From assembly GCA_001179505.1 (NCBI GenBank), contig CDMY01000722.1:1-27332 (forward strand): 27,332 nucleotides of DNA, in the 5' to 3' direction. A program made the position numbers and the translations under genes. Shown piece after piece: positions 19,540-27,332 of this stretch. Position 1 is the first letter of the stretch. Each line of letters begins with the position of its first letter. Origin of the DNA: Vitrella brassicaformis CCMP3155 (taxonomy: Eukaryota > Protista > Chromerida). The notes below the pieces were generated by a model. The model made no database searches. It was not told the origin of the DNA and worked only from the letters and a program-made list of their open reading frames with translations.

Positions 19540-22500
19540 ATGGCGGCTTCGGCCTCATCTTCCTCTGCTGCTATTCCGCCTCACTCAGACGTCAGCCGAT
19601 ACACAGAGAGGCACACATACAATCATCATTTGTCAGTGTAGACGTTTGTTTGTTTGCTTGTTTGTTTGTTTGTTTGTTTGTTTGTTTGCTTCATCAGGTG
19701 ACGCCACGGTCTGCGAGTAGTCGTTACCAGGAGGGCACCCGTGTGGTGCTGCTGTCGAGCACCAAGAGGGCTCCCACCGACGACTACGTGTGGGTCACGG
19801 CAAGAGTACATCGCATCGACCCACACGTGGTCTACGAGAAGGAGGGCACTCTGCGCGAGGGGACGGCGCTGTTCATGAGGGAAGTGGGCGGCATGCGAGA
19901 GGAGTTCAAAGTGGTGGTGCCGAACAACGAGACCATGACGCTCACTCACACAAACCCACAGCCACCCGTGGTAGGCAAACACCTCAACAGAAAGATCTAT
20001 GGACCCTGCTTGATGCTTCTCTTCGCTTCCTGTCTGTCTATCTGTTTGTCTGTGTGCAGCTGTGGGATGTTAGCAAGAAGGTACACGCACACAATCAGAC
20101 AGCGACACACGACACACACAAACGATGTCAGCCACTCTCATGTTGCCGCCTTCCGGGTCCCTTGGTCACTTCTCTGCCTCAGGCACCTGTACGCTTTGGC
20201 GACGACCTTCTGGCGTCGTTGTGTAGCTTCATGACCCCTCGCGAGCTGTCGGCCATTCTCCCACAGCCCCGCGTTCAACAGCAGCCGCACATCACCATCA
20301 AACCTTCCACCGACGGAGGGGAAGAAGGCACCGGGTCCCCCAACAAGAAGTCTCGCAGGCAGAAGCCCATACTCAGAGAATCTGGCTGGTAAGTGCGCAG
20401 GTGGATGACAAGAAGGCATTGGTTGGATGCCAAGAGCGAGCGGTGCACCCGCCTCTGCCTCCTCTGTGATCTTTGCGTCAGCCGTCTTTCGTCCGTTGGC
20501 GGCCACGGCAGTGCTCCCTCACCCCTCTCGGCCATCACATCGTCTCCCGACCTGCCGTCGACCAATGGCGGCCCGCTCTTTGCGGGTGCCGCCTTCGGAT
20601 CGTCCAATGGCGAGACGACGGCAGCGTCGAAGGAGGAGCCGGCGGACGTGGAGCTGCCGGGTGTGCCATCGGTATCATCTCTCTTTGGCGGCTTATCTCT
20701 GTCCGGCACATCAACGGGAGAGGGGGGCCTGTCGGACAGAGTTGCTGCAGCTGGGTCATCAGGCGGCGGCCCCCCTTCGCTGTTCACATTTGGCGCAGCC
20801 ACAGCGGCAGCCAAACCACGGACCCGCGCCAAGCGCGTGAGTGCTGCCCGTCCGGCTGCCTCGACCTCCGCAGGCCCAGCAACCACCACCATCCCAGCCC
20901 CAGTGGACCTCTTCGACGGCACCATCCAGACACACGGTGGCAGCACCTTCGCACCTGCCAAAGCACCACCCACAGCACAGTCGACGACCACAGCCGCCAG
21001 CGGCCTATTCGACATCGGCAGGGCATCTACGCGGGGAGGAGGTGGCAACCTGTTTGGTGGCGGGGCAGCGTCGGGTGGTGGCTCTCTGTTCGGTAGAGTC
21101 GGGTCGACGGGCAGCCGGCTCAGCGGCACCGGCACAAGAACGGGTCGCACATTCGGGCAGACACCGGGGAGCGTGTTGGGCGGCAGCATCTTTGGCAGCA
21201 CTGGTGAGTGACGTGGATGGATGGATGGATGGCTGGACGGATGGATAAATTGCGTGCTGGCTGCATGTGTGTGGGTCGATCAGGTGTCGCGGCGTCATCT
21301 GTCGCCCGTCGAGCGTCGTTGTCGACTGGCGAGAGCCTGTCTGGCGGTGCGGCCTTCGGTCAGCAACCATCCGGCGGCGCCGCACAGAGCAGCCCCTCCC
21401 TCATCCACACGGCCGCCCTTCACCAGCAGACCCTCATCGCTATCGACTCTTCCACCGATGCCGACCGTCAGTTCTGGGAGAGCATGACGCCTGAGGAGGC
21501 CTTCCGGCTCGGCAGGCGACTCATCAACCTCACAGCCGTCACCGTCGTGCAGCCACGCAGCGACCGGTTGTGGTGTCTGGACAACATGATAAGCGTCGTA
21601 GAGGGCCATGCGGACGGGCGTCGCGAGGCGTGCGAGAAGGAGGGCCAGCACCACATGGCGAAGGGATCTCTGGAGACCATCCACTTCACCACCACCACCA
21701 GCAGCACCAGCAGTGTGGAGCAGCACCGTCCCCCTATCCCTCCTTCATTCGCCGCCCCACGACCGACCCTCCATGCGCTCAGGGCCATCACAGGAGCCGT
21801 CCAACAGCACAGTGTGCTGGTCAACACGGGCTGGAAGATGCCTCCACTCGAGTATGTCGATCAGGAGGGGTGGGATGCCGACGAGCTGGGCCGATTTATC
21901 AGGTCGTCCTCCTCGCTGAAAGAGGTGGGGGGCTGTCGGTGGACCTGGGGGGAGTGGGCGACTTTCTTTGAGCACTTCCTTGAGGCACCTGCTGGGCAGC
22001 CAGGGCCGCTCAAGCACTTGCAAACCATCGGAGAGATCGAGTATGACGATAATGAGGAGACACCAGATCAATACCGGCAGGGGGTCCGGCGGCTCTAGGT
22101 AGGCCATGAACACACAAAGACGCCTCAACCGCCCCTATCATACGCACACACGAATGGCGTCCATCTCTCTCTGTTCCTTTCTAGGATGTGCTCACGTCGC
22201 GCGGCTGCCGCAAGTCGCTCACAAGGCTCGACGTACGGATTCCACAACTCACGGGCCACGACAGCCTCTCTGCCCTGCTCGCTGTCGACAACTTCATCAA
22301 CACGTGCTGCGTCTCGCCGGACGTGCCGCTCAACGTGCGGGTCTGGCGTCTGAGCAACTTCCAGCTGTCCGTCTTCTACGCTGACGCCCTTCCCTCTCGC
22401 CCATCGCCCTTCATCAAGACGGCCATCCAGGAGGCGGCACGGCGGGCGATGTACGTGACCTACACCCTCAGCCAGTATGACATCACCCACCCCATCGACG

Positions 22501-23248
22501 AGCCCAGCCAGGCGGCCATCGAGATCGCAGAGAGCCTCACATTCGACAGCGTGAGGGAGGTGACGGTCTCCAGCGCCCACGGCTTCGGCCCCCCTCCCGG
22601 CACACCCTCACACCCACCATCATCAACCACCTGCAGCCGTTCCCAGCGGCCAGAGAGCTGCATGTCTTCAGCCGTCTAGGCGGTGCTGCGGGCCGTCTGT
22701 TGGCTCCGAAGATGCCCAGGGAGGTGCCGAAAGTAGCATTTGGCGCAGCTGTTGGTGCAGAGGACAGGATCGGTGTGTTGGAGGCGCTGGCGGGTGAGAG
22801 GGAGGTTTATCGTGTCTATGTCGGTGATGAGGAGGAGCCGGTCAGTCTCACGCAGGGCGGCGCCTTTGATGGATGGGGGTCGAATAATCTGCCATCGATT
22901 CGCACCGTACACGTACACATGTCAGGTATGCGAGACAGTGAGTGCTGTCGGCTGCTCCCTTCATCTCGTGTGTGCATCCCCCTTGTCTGTGTGTGTCTCC
23001 ATTCAGTACCCGATGAGGTGGAAGATACTGTCGCAGGCGAGCTCATCCGCGACGGCCTGACGTCTCTGCTCGACTGCAGCGTGCAGGGCCTGCAGCAAGT
23101 GCTGCTGTGGCTGCCGGAAGGGCATGACGACCTCGGCGATGCCATTCGGCAGTGTCTGCACTCGAGAGTCGGCGACTTCGACATAACCTTTGAGCCGGAT
23201 GGACCTTGGGTTACCGGCATTGAGATGAGGGCAATTCGTCGTTCTTAG
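19540..23248 (+). pseudogene. Member of an expanded Vitrella-type lineage-specific family (F-box-like motif) with an FG-rich insert; disrupted by an in-frame TAG and a frameshift, so probable pseudogene or truncated gene
   Basis: Exons 19540-19590, 19698-19970, 20060-20080, 20183-20388, 20482-21203, 21284-22098, 22185-22925, 23007-23248. Family-like motifs DDLLASLCSFMTPREL, DRQFWESMTPEEAFRLGRRLINLT, WCLDNMISVVEGHADGRR, GCRKSLTRLDV. In-frame TAG at 22096-22098 sits right at a GTAGGC donor. The frame switches at ~22614-22616 (…PSHP|TIINHLQPFPAARELHV…). Family recognition is from memory. Confidence 0.65.
19644..19688. repeat. (GTTT)n microsatellite inside an intron
   Basis: About 11 GTTT units with one GCTT variant, directly upstream of the acceptor at 19697. 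Confidence 0.9.
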
Positions 23249-24075
23249 GTAAAGGATGAGCGACATAGGCAGGGCGATCGATGTTTGGCCTTGCTCAGGT
23301 GTGTGTGCGTGTGTGTGTGTGTGTATGTTTGTTTGGGGCCAGGCTGTCTGTGTGTCGAGCCACAGAAGACAAGACAGCACCGTAGCCGTAGCTGCCGCAT
23401 GGCCGGCCATCTGATTAGGTCCACGTGCAGACACTCTCTTGATGGATCGATGGATGGATGGATGAGTGGCCCGCCCAGAGGCGGTGTGTGCACGTGGGCA
23501 CTGTACAGTTGATCCTCGCGCTCCATTGGCAGCCCACCGTCTCGGTTGTCTGGTCATGGTGACTCATCCATTGTACCAGGCAGGCCGAGAAGGTGCCGCA
23601 TGGATGTGAGCGTGTGTGGATGGATGGTTGTTAGCAATGAGGCATGATAGCCCATGGATGGATGGATGGATTCATAGTGTGTGCGGAACTCGTCTGATTG
23701 TGTGGATATCTTCAATCCCATGCCAGTGCCAGTGGCTTGCCGGCATGCATGGAGGGAAGTAAGTCGATAAACGAACACATGCAACACATGCATTCAGTCA
23801 TGTCAGCGCCTCAGCATTCCTCGTCCCGCCATGATTGCATACACACCCCATCCACCTTCCGAAGCACTGCAGAAGCGGCCGGCAAATCTAGACTCGCCAC
23901 GGGGAGGCGTGCCACGTGGGACAAATAGAGATCGTATACACAGAGACACGCAGGGAAAAACGACGCCCCTTCTTAACTGTATGCACGTCAAGTGGATGGA
24001 CACATAACTCACACACACACACACACACACGCATGTCTGTGCGATCGCCTGCCTGCCCCTCTCAACAGACCGCTG

Positions 24076-26609
24076 TCAGGCCGAGCGCGAGGTCATCATC
24101 AACCAGGCGACGGCACTCACCCAATGCCACCCAGCAGACGGCTGAGCACAGAAAGAGGAAGAGTGAGAGGGACGCACAACTCATCCGTTTCTGTCTCTGT
24201 TCCTCCTTCTCTTCCTCACCTGCAGTGTGTAGATCTCCATATCGGCGAGCGTGAAGTTGAAGCTGGAGGCCAGGCTGGCGAGGCCCTCGTTGTCGATGGT
24301 CCCGATGTACTTCTTGTCGGCCGGCAGGCGGTCCTTCAGCAGCCACTGAGCGCAGCGGCGAAGGTCGGCACTCTCAAAGCCCAGCCACAGGCGGCCGGGG
24401 GCCTTGTGGATCATGTCACCGATGCACACCTTGCCGACCGGCTCACACATGACGTTCTTGACCGCCCCTTGTGTGCCAGCGACCCAAACAGGCTGCTCGC
24501 CATTCGGCAGGTCGATCTTGGTGATGCCGTCCCCCTCGAAGGCACCGCACACCGAAAACAGCGACACGGGGCAGCGGACCATCGCCACTCCAGTGGGGTC
24601 GGGGGGCGGGGTGAGTCCGCCCTCGATGTGGGCGGCGATGATGGGGCCGCCGAGGTCTTTGAGGAGCAGCAGGAGGTCGGTTGCGTCGCCCACATTGTTG
24701 AACATGGCCTCGGGCCCCCAGCCGTCACGCTCACCCCTGAAACACAGACAGACACAGAGAGACAGCCAAGGGATATCATTCACGAGGCACCAACAGCTTT
24801 CCTGTCATCGGTTGCTCACTCACTTGTAGAGCAGTTTTGGGGTCGCATCCGTCATGCCGGTCGCGTCGACGAGTGCTCGCAGGTCATTGTCAGACACGAT
24901 GGGGTCGGCCGGCACAGCACTCCACACCTGCAGAGAGAGAGGAGAAGGATCTCATGATATGCACAGTCCCTTTGTGTGCCCTCTGGCTGATGCCTCGCTG
25001 ACCGACCTGGAAGACCTCCACTCGCTGGACGGCGACGTCGTGGGTCTCAGCGCCACAGAGGCTCGCATACTCGCTGTCAATCTTCTTGCCCACAGATTTC
25101 CTGTTGGCCGGCAGCTTCTTCTTCTCCACCCACTGGTGACAGCGGAGAAGGTCGTCAGTCGGGCCGTCCACGCCACTCCCCAACCACAGGCGGCCGCCAG
25201 CGATGCACACCTTGCCCCAGGGCACACCGTCCTTGGTCGTCACCGCCCCCTGTGTGCCCGCCACCCTCACACACTGCTGGTGGTCCTGTGGCACGTCGAT
25301 CTTGGTGATGCCCTCTCCGAATGCACCGCACACAGAGAAGAGCGACACCGGGCAGCAGAAGCACAGCTGAGATGTGGGGTCGGCTGGCAGCTGCAGCTTG
25401 GTGTCGGCGAAGGCTGCGATGGTGTTGGTGTCGTCACACTTGATGACGAACAGGAGGCCGCGCCGCCCCACCACCCGCTGCGCCATGCTCGCATACGACG
25501 AACCTTGGAGCGAACTCCTGACACACACAGACGTGCCGACGAATGCTTAGAGAATGGCGCTATGGCCCCTCTTTGTCTTTCCTCACTTGAAGAGGCAGAG
25601 TCTCTTCGGCTCCTTTTTGCCGAGCATCTCGAGGAGGGTCTGCAGGACGTCGTTGGCGAGTATGTTGGGGTACATGGCCTCGAGGACGCCGTACATCTCA
25701 CTCACACGCACCAGCTCATCCTGGTCGGCACACGTGGGCGGCGGGACGACGGCGCCATCGGGGGAGAGGCGACACCGACGAGCGAAGCCGACGATCCTGA
25801 ACACACCAACAGACGAATAGATCCGCTCTGCTGTTTGCTGCTGTTTGCCTTTGGTGGTTGTCCGGGTGCCTACAAGTCGAAGTGGTGCGCAGACACATCG
25901 ACGATGGGAGTGCGACCATACCTGCACACGCGACACAGAAGAGAGAGAAGGAGAGCCAATGATCACCATAACAGCCTCTGTCATCTCCTCCTTGCCTTTC
26001 TCACTTGGTGAATCGGTCGTTGAGTGTGTCGAATTTGGTCAGCGTGGCATCGGTGGTCGCCACTGTGCGGCCGTCGACAGTCACACTGAGCACCTCCGCC
26101 CCTCCCCTGCCGCCCTTTATGGACGACTTGATGAAGACGCCCATCATGGCAATGAAGCTGCGGAATGCCGACGGGCTCTCGCTGTCCTCAGTCGGTTTGT
26201 CGATGGCGATGGGCGACTCGGCGAAGAACATGTCGTGGTAGAAGGGGATGGGCTGCACGGCGTCGAACATCTCGATCTCGTCGACCCACCCATGCTTCAA
26301 ACGGCAGAGTTTCTCACACAACCTGACACACACAACCAACACACACACACACACACACACACAGCAATGAGTCAATGAGTGAGTGAATGAGTGTCATTGG
26401 CTGCATGCTCCCATCGTCCCTCACCAGATGAAGTAGATGGGGTCTGCGTCGATGAAGATCGTCCCGTCGGCATCCTTGTGCATCCACTCGTCGAACCGGT
26501 GCAGCAGCACCGCCACACACGTGCCCCGCAGCCCCTCGCGCAGCAGCACCCCACTCGGGAAGGCCATGACATAGCCGCCGACGTTGATCTGCGTCACGCT
26601 GCCGCTCAT
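24076..26609 (-). CDS. BTB/POZ-like (KCTD-type) domain plus degenerate second BTB-like and two tandem TLDc-like domains (~652 aa, 8 exons)
   Basis: Minus-strand exons 26609-26425, 26322-26005, 25921-25874, 25796-25587, 25517-25007, 24927-24824, 24736-24220, 24141-24076 total 1959 nt, in phase (last exon least certain). BTB-like: VTQINVGGYVMAF…LLHRFDEWMHKDADGTIFIDADPIYFIWL. TLDc-like: LCLFKSSLQGSSY…LLFVIK…VEVFQ and LLYKGERDGWG…LLLLLKD…FTLADMEIYTLQ. Confidence 0.8.
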
Positions 26610-26914
26610 GGTGCCTCCCGTGGCCTGGCTGCTTCTGGTGGATGATGCCGCCTGCATGCGGTCAGAGAAGCAGATGAATCACGGGACAATCTTGTGTGCT
26701 GTTTGAGCTGGCGATGCAAAGCACTCTCGCGTGGCAGATTAGGGAAGCGAAAAATTGCTTCACCTCAAATTGCTTGAGCTCGCAGGTGTGGGAGAAAGAA
26801 AGGAAGGCGAAGATGAAGCAGGTATGGAAAGGAGGCCTCATTCGCCACAAAGATCTCGATATCTCTTTCACATTCCATCGCCTCGCAGGACTCGTTCGAT
26901 GAACACAGCGCGAG
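26610..26914. promoter_or_regulatory. Putative bidirectional promoter (BTB-TLDc gene / right-edge gene)
   Basis: 305 bp between divergent ATGs at 26609 (-) and 26915 (+). Position only. Confidence 0.45.
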
Positions 26915-27332
26915 ATGAAGGAGGCGCATTTCTTCTCGTGCGTCCCTCTGCTTGCCGCTGCGGTGGTCTGCTGGTCCGTCATCAGCAGCTGGGACGACTA
27001 CCTCGGCCCTCTCGAGCCCTGCAAGCAGGTGCAATTCGACGACTCACGACTCATTGCCACTGATGGTGATACAGCAGAGGGCGGATGGTGGAGCATCGCA
27101 TCGTTGATTCCCTTCCTCGGCCGCCAGCCTGGCAGATCTGTCGACCTGAATGCCATCGGGACGGCCTCTCGCGACGAGAGATACGACCCCCTCACTCTGC
27201 GTGTCGACGTGAGGAAGGCATGCCGGCTCTCTCGGCAGCAGACGACGGCCAAGGCCAAGCTGGACAGGCGGCCCGCCGTGCCCGACGGCTATGAGGCGGT
27301 TATCCTGTGTGTGCTGGACGAGAGGGCTGGGT
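26915..27332 (+). CDS. 5' part of a lineage-specific protein with N-terminal hydrophobic signal/anchor; continues beyond the window
   Basis: ATG at 26915 follows an in-frame TGA at 26900. The frame is stop-free for 139 codons to the window end: MKEAHFFSCVPLLAAAVVCWSVISSWDDYLGPLEPCKQVQFDDSRLIATDG…WSIASLIPFLGRQPGRSVDLNAIGTASRDERYDPLTLRVDVRKACRL…RRPAVPDGYEAVILCVLDERAG. It resembles N-termini of a Vitrella multigene family as I recall them. It is absent from the ORF track because it has no stop in the window. Confidence 0.75.
   Translation, partial: MKEAHFFSCVPLLAAAVVCWSVISSWDDYLGPLEPCKQVQFDDSRLIATDGDTAEGGWWSIASLIPFLGRQPGRSVDLNAIGTASRDERYDPLTLRVDVRKACRLSRQQTTAKAKLDRRPAVPDGYEAVILCVLDERAG

Noticed and set aside
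22700-23248. Treating ORFs 21208-22098, 22188-22679 and 22700-23248 as three independent genes
   Set aside because: They are consecutive parts of one family protein, separated by an intron with a stop and by a frameshift, and have no promoter-sized gaps.
23379-23387. ACCGTAGCC matching the first 9 nt of the dinoflagellate spliced leader
   Set aside because: The rest of the leader (ATTTTGGCTCAAG) is absent and it lies in a 3' intergenic region; this is a chance match.
24890-25006. BTB-TLDc gene ending at 24890 (…GVECCAGRPHRV*) as two separate genes
   Set aside because: The donor CAG|GTCGGT at 25006 gives a phase 0 join into VWSAVPADP…LLYK and then in frame into the second TLDc unit, so one gene is more parsimonious.
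1-27332. CRISPR arrays, transposons, rRNA or tRNA genes
   Set aside because: I saw no repeat-spacer arrays, terminal inverted repeats or LTRs, transposase/RT motifs or structural RNA signatures. The repeats present are simple microsatellites.

Overview
Intron-rich, GC-rich eukaryotic nuclear DNA, most likely a chromerid alga of the Vitrella brassicaformis type. This is inferred from a nuclear cytochrome c6 with ER-signal, transit and lumen presequence, roughly 70-140 nt spliceosomal introns full of (GT)n/(GGAT)n/(CAGA)n, and gene families I recall from Vitrella. Hand-splicing at GT(GC)-AG sites gives frame-consistent models. In order: a possible terminal exon at the left edge; a secreted Cys-rich DUF2237-like protein (536-1171, +); a 1280-aa F-box/WD40-like protein (1937-7053, +); intronless petJ (9005-9556, -); UDP-glucose:glycoprotein glucosyltransferase (9984-17136, +, ends HDEL, one GC-AG intron); a NudC/CS-domain protein with a Cdc37-like N-terminal motif (18008-19263, -); a lineage-specific family gene with an FG-repeat insert, an in-frame stop and a frameshift (19540-23248, +); a BTB-like plus double TLDc-like gene (24076-26609, -); and a gene missing from the ORF track that runs off the right edge (26915->27332, +). 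The last six genes form three tight head-to-head pairs. Most ORF-track entries are antisense, off-frame or intron read-through artefacts. I found no rRNA, tRNA, CRISPR array or transposon. Best leads: complementary CA/TG microsatellites at opposite ends of introns, the Cdc37-motif/CS chimera, the FG-nucleoporin-like insert with possible intronization rescue, and a palindromic telomere-repeat element upstream of the first gene.
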